NCBI GenBank assembly: GCA_964016885.1
Contig: OZ024743.1
Span: 81,778,001-81,842,000 of the forward strand
Direction: 5' to 3'
DNA: 64,000 bases
Source of the DNA: Eledone cirrhosa
Taxonomy: Eukaryota
In this document: positions 1-11,705 of the stretch, in pieces
How positions within the stretch are numbered: the stretch's first letter is position 1
Layout of the letters: each line of letters opens with the position of its first letter
The notes under the pieces: generated by a model
What the model was told of the DNA's origin: nothing
Database searches by the model: none
Seen by the model: only the letters and a program-made list of their open reading frames with translations
Program-made: the position numbers and the translations under genes

Positions 1-541
1 AGACTTATGATCAAATGCATTCCAGCTCTGACCATCCTTTTTTGTGTGTGTGTGTTTTTTTTTTCCCGACATATATTCTGAATATAATTTAACCGACATG
101 TAATTTCATTTTAAAGATGTCATTAAGCGGATTTGTGTTTCTCTTTCTAGCATACCAAGCGTCCACATAGAGGCTATTTTGTTGGCTGGAGAACTTCTAT
201 TGTTCTGTTCCTGTAGTACTGACCAAAATAATTTAAACGTGTTGGTTTTATTTCACTTAGACCAACGTAACTACAATGACCAATATGTTAACAGGCTATC
301 ACTGCCTAATCTCCAGGGTAACACTTTTGCCATCTTATCAGCGGGTCGCACCTGATATGTCCTGCCGTGACCTAGTTCGGAATAGAATTTACTCCCTCAT
401 AATCTGTCTCCTCCCCCCCTCCCCGCCTTTTTTCTTGCTTTTTGTTACCATTTTGAAAATTGGAAATATTTTATTTCCTCCAAAAAGTTATACTCGCTGC
501 AAAATGTCAACCTTTATTCCTGCTACTGGTGTTGTTTCTCG

Positions 542-581
<40 letters not shown>

Positions 582-749
582 TCTATTACTACTATGGACA
601 GGAAGTAAGTTAGTATGTACACTTACACACACCCACACATACACCCACACACACATAACCCATTGTTGGACAACAAACATGACCACTACCACCAACACTA
701 ACCGTCTGTTTAGTTAGACAACGTAAGAACCACCAACACCAGCACTTGT

Positions 750-1215
750 AAAAGCAAAACTCGCCATCTTCAATTCGGTATTCGTGTCAACCCTTATCTA
801 TGGTCGTGAATGTTAAGTAACGACTGAAAGAATACTTTCACGAATAGAAGCGGCCGAAATAGGATTCCTCCGAAGGGTCTTTGGAGTTACGTTACTCGAT
901 AGAGTGTGTAGCTCGGAGATCAGAGAGTCACTCCAGGTAGAGCTACTTCTCCAAATCGAGAGATCACAGCTCTGGTATTATGGGCTTGTGTTTAGAATGT
1001 CTCAGGAAAGAATCGCTGGACAGTTTTTACGGTAAAACCAAACGACAGAAGGCCCAGGGGTAGACTCCGAGCAAGATGGTTGGATAATATTCATGAGCTT
1101 AGCTGGTCTCACTTGGGAATCCAGCTGGATCAGTTGGAGACGTTCGCTACTGACAAGACCCACTGGAAGGAGTGTTTGAGGATTCTGAACCCACGAACTG
1201 TCCAGGAATATGGGG
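750..1215 (+). mobile_element. RTE-clade (Rex3/Expander-like) LINE, decayed 3' fragment
   Basis: Manual translation KAKLAIFNSVFVSTLIYGREC*VTTERILSRIEAAEIGFLRRVFGVTLLDRV...RRPRGRLRARWLDNI...W matches the post-RT C-terminus of Rex3/Expander RTE elements; contains a stop and a frameshift. Confidence 0.8.
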
Positions 1216-1265
1216 GCAAAAAAGGAAAAAGAAGAAAAAAAAGAAGGTAAATGCATTTTTCAGTG

Positions 1266-1269
1266 TATA

Positions 1270-1349
<80 letters not shown>

Positions 1350-1351
1350 TA

Positions 1352-1421
<70 letters not shown>

Positions 1422-1430
1422 CACACACAT
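1266..1430. repeat. (AT)n microsatellite, representative of dozens of (AT)n/(GT)n/(GA)n/(GATA)n/(TAG)n tracts in the window
   Basis: Directly visible; such tracts generate the [18 protein letters not shown] and ERERER ORFs. Confidence 0.98.
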
Positions 1431-1709
1431 AAATTTACATTCAAATACATTTACATACTTTCAAAACACGTAGCTATGACAACGTATCTTTCTTCATTTT
1501 TGTAAGTTGCAACAGGTTAGTGAAGCTGGTCCCAATGACGTGATGATGATTCCTCAGTTCGTTCCTATCTTCCGACAATGTGACCCCTATACATAGAAAT
1601 ATCCCTTCCTTCAACTCTCAATGAGCCCAGGAAATGTGACATCGGTCTGATTTGATATCAAAACATAAGAAATGAAATTAAAAAGCTGAGGTTCTACCAA
1701 TTTAATAAC

Positions 1710-2065
1710 TTCTTGTACAAACAGAGTTAGATATTTGTGGAAGAGAGTGGCTGTCAATAAAGTAGACCTCAGTAAATGACTGGTACATTATTTTATAAGC
1801 TCCGGAAATGTGAAGATCGAAGTTGATTTCGGTGGAATTTGAACTCAGAGAATAAATGAAATAAAATCCATGTTCTAAACATTCTATAATAATGGTTTCT
1901 ATTTTAGGCAAAAAGCCAGCAATTATAGAAGAGTAAAGGTGATTATAACGACCCCAGATAATGACTGATACTTCAATATATCTTCCCCGGAAAAGTGAAA
2001 AGCAAAGTTAACCTCGACGTGGCTAAATATCGTAAACCATTTTCTCCGATACTTGAACACTTCTG
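1710..2065 (-). mobile_element. Two degenerate tRNA-derived SINE copies (family A)
   Basis: Reverse complement resembles CTGAGTTCAAAT...GCCTTTCATCC...GTCGATAAAATAAGTACCAG, seen in better-preserved copies at 15.0-15.4 kb and 23.4-24.2 kb. Confidence 0.6.
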
Positions 2066-2084
2066 TCAATCCAAAAAACTAAAT

Positions 2085-2745
2085 AGCGAGTAAGTGAACA
2101 AAGAAAATTTACAAAACTAGTTCCGAAACACGAGACAAAAAAGCGAGACTAAAGGATCTCTAATTGCAGCACATGAGCAAAGCCTCCCCACCAGTAACTA
2201 CCTAAGATATGTAATGAAGCAGAACACAGTAACTGTAAAATATGTGGTGATGGAGAAAAAAACAATTAACCACATTATCTCTGGCTGCCCAATCTTAGCC
2301 AAAAAATAAATATATCCAGACATGATAAGAATTGCGATTTACAGACATTGGAATTCATGCCAACACCATGAAATAATAATACAACGCTGTACAAACATAC
2401 ACAAGGACAGCAACTATATTCTGGGTTACATCAATACGCCCATACTGGGAGATCAACGTTAACTGACCGTATAGCCAAAGTTCACAAACATTGTCTTTAC
2501 TAAGGCATGTAACCGCACAGATGACAATATACCCTTCAATGAAAGGGATAAATTATCTAAATATAAAGATGTTGCGGTAGATATAACGATTTAAATAATA
2601 GTAGAGGCTCTGGGAATGATAACAAAGCAAAGAGAGATACATAACCAAAACCCCAGAGATATATAGATATGAGCACTACTAGGTGCTGGATATACCCCAG
2701 AGATATATAGAAAATAGCACTAGGTACTGGATATACTACAGAGAT
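2085..2745 (+). mobile_element. R4/Dong-clade non-LTR retrotransposon, C-terminal CCHC and restriction-like endonuclease remnant
   Basis: Frameshifted translation SETKGSLIAAHEQSLPTSNY...CKICGDGEKTINHIISGCPILAKK..RHD...DDNIPFNERDKLSKYKD...IIVEALGMI...KIALGT, the typical R4/Dong ORF end. Confidence 0.8.
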
Positions 2746-5326
2746 ATATAGATATAAGCACTACTAGGTGCTGGATATACCCCAGAGATATATAGAAAAT
2801 AGCACTAGGTACTGGATATACCCCAGAGATATATAGATATTAGCACTACTAGGTACTGGATATACCGCAGAGATATATAGATATAAGCACTACTAGGTAC
2901 TGGATATACCCCAGAGATATATAGATATAAGCACTACTAGGTACTGGATATACCCCAGAGATATATAGATATTAGCACTACTAGGTACTGGATATACCCC
3001 AGAGATATATAGATATTAGCACTAGGTACTGGATATACCCCAGAGATATATAGATATTAGCACTACTAGGTACTGGATATACCCCAGAGATATATAGATA
3101 TTAGCACTACTAGGTACTGGATATACCGCAGAGATATATAGATATTAGCACTAGGTACTGGATATACCCCAGAGATATATAGATATTAGCACTACTAGGT
3201 ACTGGATATACCCCAGATATATATAGATATTAGCACTACTAGGTACTGGATATACCCCAGAGATATATAGATATTAGCACTACTAGGTACTGGATATACC
3301 CCAGAGATATATAGATATAAGCACTACTAGGTACTGGATATACCCCAGAGATATATAGATATAAGCACTACTAGGTACTGGATATACCCCAGAGATATAT
3401 AGATATAAGCACTACTAGGTACTAGATATACCCCAGAGATATATAGATATTAGCACTACTAGGGACTGGATATAACCCAGAGATATATAGATATTAGCAC
3501 TACTAGGTACTGGATATACCCCAGAGATATATAGATATTAGCACTTCGAGGGACTGGATATACCCCAGAGATATATAGATATTAGCACTACTAGGTACTG
3601 GATATACCCTAGAGATATATAGATATTAGCACTACTAGGTACTGGATATACCCCAGAGATATATAGATATTAGCACTACTAGGTACTGGATATACCCCAG
3701 AGATATATAGATATTAGCACTACTAGGTACTGGATATACCCCAGAGATATATAGATATAAGCACTACTAGGTACTTGATATACCCCAGAGATATATAGAT
3801 ATAAGCACTACTAGGTACTGGATATACCCCAGAGATATATAGATATAAGCACTACTAGGTACTGGATATACCCCAGAGATATATAGATATAAGCACTACT
3901 AGGTACTGGATATACCCCAGAGATATATAGATATTAGCACTACTAGAGACTGGATATACCCCAGAGATATATAGATATATGCACTACTAGGTACTTGATA
4001 TACCCCAGAGATATATAGATATAAGCACTACTAGGTACTGGAGATACCCCAGAGATATATAGATATAAGCACTACTAGGTACTGGATATACCCCAGAGAT
4101 ATATAGATATAAGCACTACTAGGTACAGGATATACCCCAGAGATATATAGATATTAGCACTACTAGGTATTGGATATACCCCAGAGATATATAGATATTA
4201 GCACTAATAGGTACTGGATATACCCCAGAGATATATAGATATTAGCACTACTAGGTACTTGATATACCCCAGAGATATATAGATATTAGCACTACTAGGT
4301 ACTGGATATACCCAGAGAGATATAGATATTAGCACTACTAGGTACTGGATATACCCCAGAGATATATAGATATTAGCACTACTAGGTACTGGATATACCC
4401 CAGAGATATATAGATATTAGCACTACTAGGTACTGGATATACCCCAGAGATATATAGATATAAGCACTACTAGGTACTGGATATACCCCAGAGATATATA
4501 GATATAAGCACTACTAGGTACTGGATATACCCCAGAGATATATAGATATTAGCACTACTAGGTACTGGATATACCCCAGAGATATATAGATATAAGCACT
4601 ACTAGGTACTGGATATACCCCAGAGATATATAGATATAAGCACTACTAGGTACTGGATATACCCCAGAGATATATAGATATTAGCACTACTAGGTACTGG
4701 ATATACCCCAGACATATATAGATATAAGCACTACTAGGTACTGGATATACCCCAGAGATATATAGATATAAGCACTACTAGGTACTGGATATACCCCAGA
4801 GATATATAGATATTAGCACTACTAGGTACTGGATATACCCCAGAGATATATAGATATTAGCACTACTAGGTACTGGATATACCCCAGACATATATAGATA
4901 TAAGCACTACTAGGGACTGGATATACCCCAGAGATATATAGATATTAGCACTACTAGGTACTGGATATACCCCAGAGATATATAGATATAAGCACTACTT
5001 GGTACTGGATATACCCCAGAGATATATAGATATTAGCACTACTTGGGACTGGATATACCCCAGAGATATATAGATATTAGCACTACTAGGTACTGGATAT
5101 ACCCCAGAGATATATAGATATAAGCACTACTAGGGACTGGATATACCCCAGAGATATATAGATATAAGCACTACTTGGTACTGGATATACCCCAGAGATA
5201 TATAGATATAAGCACTACTAGGTACTGGATATACCCCAGAGATATATAGATATAAGCACTACTAGGGACTGGATATATCCCAGAGATATATAGATATTAG
5301 CACTACTAGGTACTGGATATACCCCA
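2648..5326 (+). repeat. 44-bp minisatellite, about 60 copies
   Basis: Unit ATACCCCAGAGATATATAGATAT(A/T)AGCACTACTAGGTACTGGAT; period 44 (GCACTACTAG at 2887 and 2931). Confidence 0.97.
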
Positions 5327-5411
5327 AATACCCAGAGCTGTGCTCGGTAATGCAGTAGCAACAAACAATAAATTACTACTACTGCTACTATTACTACTTA
5401 TTATTATTATT
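5327..5411 (+). mobile_element. Probable 3' UTR and (CTA/TTA)n tail of the Dong-like element interrupted by the 44-mer
   Basis: CCCAGAGCTGTGCTCGGTAATGCAG...AATAAA followed by a trinucleotide tail directly after the last satellite unit. Confidence 0.6.
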
Positions 5412-5447
5412 GCTTTTTACACGCAGAAATGCCGATTTTTACCGACT

Positions 5448-7538
5448 TGTATTGTACTGTATTGTCCTGTATTGTCCTGTGTTGTCCTGTATTGTCCTGT
5501 GTTGTCCTGTATTGTCCTGTATTGTCCTGTATTGTCCTGTGTTGTCCTGTATTGTCCTGTGTTGTCCTGTATTATCCTGTATTGTCCTGTGAAGTCCTGT
5601 GTTGTCCTGTATTGTCCTGTATTGCCCTGTGTTGTCCTGTATTGTCCTGTGTTGTCCTGCGTTGTCCTGTATTGCCCTGTGTTGTCCTGTGTTGTCCTGT
5701 GTTGTCCTGTGTTGTCCTGTATTTTCCTGTATTGTCCTGTATTGTCCTGTGTTGTCCTGTATTGTCCTGTATTGTCATGTATTGTCCTGTGTTGTCCTGT
5801 ATTGTCCTGTGTTGTCCTGTATTATCCTGTATTGTCCTGTGTTGTCCTGTATTCTCCTGTGTTGTCCTGTGTTGTCCTGTGTTGTCCTGTGTTGTCCTGT
5901 ATTATCCTGTATTGTCCTATGTTGTCCTGTATTGTCATGTGTTGTCCTGTATTATCCTGTATTGTCCTGTGTTGTCCTGTATTCTCTTGTGTTGTCCTGT
6001 GTTGTCCTGTAGTGTCCTGTATTGTCCTGTGTTGTCCTGTGTTGTCCTGTGTTGTCCTGTATTGTCCTGTGTTTTCCAGTATTGTCCTGTATTGTCCTGT
6101 GTTGTCCTGTATTCTCCTGTGTTGTCCTGTGTTGTCCTGTGTTGTCCTGTATTGTCCTGTGTTGTCCTGTGTTCTCTTGTGTTGTCCTGTGTTGTCCTGT
6201 ATTGTCCTGTGTTGTCCTGTATTGTCCTGTGTTGTTCTGTATTGTCCTGTATTGCCCTGTATTGTCCGGTGTTGTCCTGTATTGTTCTGTATTGTCCTGT
6301 GTTGTCCTGTGTTGTCCTGTGTTGTCCTGTATTATCCTGTATTGTCCTGTGTTGTCCTGTATTGTCCTGTGTTGTCCTGTATTGTCCTGTGTTGTCCTGT
6401 ATTCTCCTGTATTCTCCTGTGTTGTCCTGTATTGTCCTGTGTTGTCCTGTATTATCCTGTATTGTCCTGTGTTGTCCTGTATTGTCCTGTGTTGTCCTGT
6501 ATTGTCCTGTGTTGTCCTGTATTATCCTGTATTGTCCTATGTCGTCCTGTATTGTCATGTGTTGTCCTGTATTATCCTGTATTGTCCTGTGTTGTCCTGT
6601 ATTATCCTGTATTGTCCTGTGTTGTCCTGTATTCTCTTGTGTTGTCCTGTGTTTTCCTGTATTGTCCTGTATTGTCCTGTGTCGTCCTGTGTTGTCCTGT
6701 GTTGTCCTGTATTGTCCTGTGTTTTCCAGTATTGTCCTGTATTGTCCTGTGTTGTCCTGTATTCTCCTGTGTTGTCCTGTGTTGTCCTGTGTTGTCCTGT
6801 ATTGTCCTGTGTTGTCCTGTGTTCTCTTGTGTTGTCCTGTGTTGTCCTGTATTGTCCTGTGTTGTCCTGTATTGTCCTGTGTTGTCCTGTATTGTCCTGT
6901 GTTGTTCTGTATTGTCCTGTATTGCCCTGTATTGTCCGGTGTTGTCCTGTATTGTCCTTATTGTCCTGTGTTGTCCTGTGTTGTCCTGTGTTGTCCTGTA
7001 TTATCCTGTATTGTCCTGTGTTGTCCTGTATTGTCCTGTGTTGTCCTGTATTGTCCTGTGTTGTCCTGTATTCTCCTGTATTCTCCTGTGTTGTCCTGTA
7101 TTGTCCTGTGTTGTCCTGTATTATCCTGTATTGTCCTGTGTTGTCCTGTATTGTCCTGTGTTGTCCTGTATTGTCCTGTGTTGTCCTGTATTCTCCTGTG
7201 TTGTCCTGTATTGTCCTGTATTGTCCTGTATTATCCTGTATTGTCCTGTATTGTCCTGTATTATCCTGTATTGTCCTGTGTTGTCCTATATTGTCCTGTG
7301 TTGTCCTGTATTATCCTGCATTGTCCTGTGTTGTCCTGTATTGCCCTGTATTGTCCTGTATTATCCTGTATTGTCCTGTATTGTCCTGTGTTGTCCTGTA
7401 TTCTCCTGTGTTGTCCTGTATTATTCTGTATTGTCCTGTGTTGTCCTGTATTATCCTGTATTGTCCTGTATTGTCCTATATTGTCCTGTGTTGTCCTGTG
7501 TTGTCCTGTGTTGTCCTGTGTTGTCCTGTGTTGTCCTT
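5448..7538 (+). repeat. 10-bp minisatellite (RTTGTCCTGT), about 200 copies, inside a probable Tx1-type 3' UTR fragment (5412-7581) flanked by (ATT)n
   Basis: Unit directly visible. The distal flank CCCTTATGGTAAATAAAGAAAG resembles the Tx1 3' end CCCCTGTGGCAAATAAAGAAAG at 19900-19925 (-). Confidence 0.9.
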
Positions 7539-7949
7539 AATGTTATACGTTGTGTCAACCCTTATGGTAAATAAAGAAAGCATTATTATTATTATTATTT
7601 GAAACTTCCTTTCAATTCTGCTTCTGTCCGAAATCAAGTCGTCAACCTGACACCTGAGGAAGCAACATTTGGTAATCCATTCACTTTACTATCAATTGTC
7701 ATATAAATTATGTCACAAGGGCACAAACAACAGTAAATGTCTTTGCAAGGTATTTAAATTGAACAATGCCCTTCTCAGGACATGGATGGTACCAGTTAGC
7801 ACTATTTTCTATATTTCTTGCAGGGATGGCTTACCAGGCATCTGGTCAGAATATTATTCAGATGAAGAGAAAAGAAAAGATCTTCTAGGGATGAGAATAT
7901 GAAGGTCAATTTGAAAGAAATACACAGGATATCAAGGATAAAACAACAT

Positions 7950-8380
7950 TATGCTTTTGGTTTAAGCAAACTGAATTGAAACCTGCCACTGAAATCTTTA
8001 TATCTACAGAGCAAAACGAAGCTCTTGTTACCAATTTGGTGAAGTATAACTTCTACAAAACTTCTGACACCCACAAATGGAGACACTGTGAAAAGAATGT
8101 GGAAAATGTAATCCATTAGGTTACCATGGTAAAGTCTGTCTATACCTTCATTAGCTTTTATGTCGAAAATACCAATATGAAGTTATAGAATACGAACATG
8201 TGTCTTGTAAAGTAATGCAGGAGGATGGGAAAGCAACGATATTCTGGAATAATGATTTTAAAACTGATAGAGTAATTGAGCTTCACCCACCGGCCATTGT
8301 CGTATTGAACAAGACAAATACTGTCAGATCATCGATGTGGTCATACCAAATGACACAAATATTGCGAGTAAGATCGACGG
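7950..8380 (+). mobile_element. Second R4/Dong-clade fragment (restriction-like endonuclease region)
   Basis: WFKQTELKPATEIFISTEQNEALVTN...EHVSCKVMQEDGKATIFWNNDFKTDRVIELHPPAIVVLNK..IIDVVIPND; decayed. Confidence 0.75.
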
Positions 8381-9089
8381 TACTGACGTGAGCGGAACAT
8401 TGACCATTAAGCAGAGTAAATTTAATGTACGTCACTCAGTCATCTAACGAATCATATTTCTATGAAATATAGAGTTTTGTTCAAGGACAAAACACGCCGA
8501 CCGTTACAAGAATCGAACTCACGACATTAGAGTCGCGAGACGAGGAAACTCATGCCACAACCAACGCCTTCTGTTTCCCGTTCCTAAATAACAATCTAGC
8601 GAATTAATGGTATTTCCTTACAAACCAACAACAGTTGTTATTGAATGTTGCATAATTCTCCATTTTCAGGTCACTTCATTCAAGATGTCTGCCAAGATTA
8701 AATAAAAACCGATTTTTTCCGCTTTTGTTTTGTCTTTTCTTTCTATGTTTTTGTTAAATTTTTTGTTTATATATTATTATTCTAAGAACTATCTTTAAGT
8801 ACTGTCGTCTAGTTAACTGCCATTCTTCATCTCTAATACTCTAAAGATATCATCAATTCATTCAGACTAGCAGAAGATATTTCCCATATCTCCTCAATGT
8901 TTTTTTATGCCTGTCACGTAGGAATTGTCCACATGTCCGCCATCTTCTTTTTTTAAATATTTACTTTCAGATTTATACAGCATCCTCATGTCAGCTTGTC
9001 TTTTAAACCATGAAATAGGAATTTTTAATATATATTATTACCATTATCAATATTATTATTAATATTATTATTATTATTATTATTATTAT

Positions 9090-9398
9090 TCCTTGAGTCT
9101 CAGTCATTGATGTTAGTTAACTGGAAAGTCCGTTGGAATGAATATCAAGCCACTACCTGCAGCCTCAGATATTCAGGACGTATCGGAGGGTTCTTGCTGT
9201 TCCCAGCAAGCATGCCTTTTGAAGCGTTCCAAAAAGCGTGAAGGGGCCGATTTTCTTTAACCATCCCTGGAAACTTTTGGAGATAGTCCCCAGTGCGCCG
9301 ATGACAATCGGGATCACTTTGACTTCATGGCAGTTCCAAATCCTTTTTACCTCCCATTTTAATTCCTGGTATCGGTAAATTTTCTCCCTCTCCTTCTC

Positions 9399-9400
<2 letters not shown>
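9090..9400 (-). mobile_element. R4/Dong 3' end (5'-truncated copy) inserted in (TAA)n
   Basis: EKEREKIYRYQELKWEVKRIWNCHEVKVIPIVIGALGTISK...LQKACLLGTARTLRYVLNI*; (TTA)n on both sides, the known Dong target. Confidence 0.88.
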
Positions 9401-9468
<68 letters not shown>

Positions 9469-9679
9469 GGCGACCTACGTAGTAAATCGTATCATCGTGA
9501 GCTCCGCAAAGGTTTGTTATTTCCGTTTGTTAAAAAATTGCCAGTTATGGAAAATTTGTATTGTTAACTATATATAAGCGCACATACATTGTTTTCCGAA
9601 AAGGACACCCAAAAAGATTGGGGCCTTGTGCCCAAAATTTAAACTTTTATGATTATCAAAAAATTTCTTTGAAAAAAAA

Positions 9680-11671
9680 ATGGCTAATTCACCTCTGCAC
9701 CAAGCAGCTGAAAGCCTTCCTCACAAATTAACACCTCACACCGACACCACCATTGTAAATGATACTACGTTTGCCAACACAAACAATTTAAGCACTAGCA
9801 ATATTTTAAATTTGTCACAGGCAGACATTCATTTCCCGCCATTACCGATGACTGCAGGTGTTAAAGCCGCCACCACCACCACCGCGACAACCCCCACCCC
9901 CACCACCACCGAGATAACAGAAACAAAAGGAAAAAATAAGACAACTCGTGATGTCGAAATATTTTCAACCAAAATGGACTCTTCCAAACCGAACTCCACT
10001 GACGTCATCACCACCACAACTGAAACTAAAATTAATAATAACAAAAATAACGATAGCAACAACAACAACAATGACATTAAAAAAACCACCCTGAGTTTTG
10101 CCAGAGTAGCAAAACCGTGCGAAGCATTTACGGTAACTCAGGAGGAATTAGAAAATGCTAAAAAAATGGTAAAGAAAGATGGGTACAGGGTCAGCCTCAC
10201 CCCCCACCCACCCTAATAAAATGGAGCATCGGCGCCTATGCACCGTGTCGTATCGAACAATAAATGTAAAATCGCGCCGAGTGGAACGGGCATCTGAGTC
10301 CCAAATCCAAAAAGCTTTGGGACATGTGTGGGCAAGAAAAACTCACATCAGACGTGGGCACAAATATGGAACCGTGGACGTGTTCTTTGAAACACCACAG
10401 GAGGCTATAGAACACTCCATGGGCCCATTAAGAAGTGACGACTTCACACTCGTCCCAAGCTATTGTGGCCAGAGACTCGTAAAGATCAGGGTGACCCATG
10501 TTCCACCGGCCATCGAAATTCCCTGGCTTATAGCGGCCGTCCTCGCCGGCATCGAAGCCAACACAAAGATAATAGCAATAGCAAAAGAAAAGCAGGAGAG
10601 CTGGTCCGGATCTGGGATGGAGCTCCTGATCCAAGCGGACCAAAAAAGCATTGAGGAGATCCCAGAGGTAATAGACCTCACTGACGGCAGCCACCTCACC
10701 GTAATTGTCGAGGGCAGAAGGCCTAGGTGTGTCGTTTGTGGTGAAGGAACCCACCTAAGGGCTTTCTGCCCTCAGGTTAAAAGGTTGAGGCCACCTCTCC
10801 TACCCACCCCAGTGACTCAACCATCAACACTACCAGTAGCAGAGATGGCAGCAACAACTGTAGCAGCAACAACAGAAGCAACTATAACAGCAACAACCCC
10901 AGCAACAGTAGCAAAACCAACACCAACACCACCACCACCAGCAAAACTAACACCACCACCACCCAACGCTTCAGAACTAGCACCAGCGCCTACACCATCC
11001 ACCACGCCACAAACAAAACTAACGCCTGTGGAGGATTTTCCACTCCCCGGCCTATCACAACTGGAGACAGATTGTGACGACGAGGAGTGGGAAACGGTAT
11101 CAGGAAAAAAAAAGAAACCAAAAAAGAAAAAAATTCTCTTCCTTCCCCCTCCAAAAACAAAATACAGAGGGGAACAAATAAATTAACAAACAAAAAAGTT
11201 AGGACAGATATGCCACCATCCACACCAGCATCAACAACCCCATCACCCCAAACACCAACACCATCACCATCATTAACCCCAACACCACCATCACCTACAC
11301 CACAAAAGTCACCAAAATGCGAAACAGAAACAAACCCACAACAAAAGCAAACAAGACAAAACAACCAAAACGATACACACTACACAGCATTAAATTTGAA
11401 CAACAAGCAATTATTACACTACATCCAACACAACACCAGCATCACAGAAAAAAACTACACAACAACCCCAAAATTCACACCACCTCCACACATACAAATC
11501 AATCGCATCACGCAGAAAACGTACACGACACTAAAACAAAAATTCCCCAAAGACATCGGAGACTTCCGACAAGCACTCTCCAGGAGGATTTATAAGGACA
11601 TCCTTCCTGAGGAGGCCACAAGCAGTGAAAAGGATGGAAAAACCGTCCTTCCTCTACGAGAAGTAAGGTAA
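9680..11671 (+). pseudogene. Tx1 ORF1 (CCHC zinc-knuckle nucleic-acid-binding protein), broken by frameshifts
   Basis: Pieces 9680-10216, 10179-11186 (VEGRRPRCVVCGEGTHLRAFCP) and 11087-11671 are colinear with ORF1 at 28844-30706. Confidence 0.85.
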
Positions 11672-11705
11672 GTGGTCTTTCCCATCTTTTCCACTCCATT
11701 TCAAC

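Noticed and set aside
1702-1911. 69-aa ORF as a host exon
   Set aside because: It is the translation of a degenerate SINE A copy.
5340-7602. 744-, 703- and 526-aa Cys/Val-rich ORFs
   Set aside because: They are translations of a stop-free 10-bp satellite that is open in all three frames; there is no coding signature.
7640-7800. CTGAGGA core in the island after the 10-mer array
   Set aside because: No matching GAAA or stem I partner found downstream.
8655-8710. TTTTCAG acceptor-like site followed by a short ORF and AATAAA
   Set aside because: Too short and common in AT-rich DNA; no supporting exons or recognisable protein.
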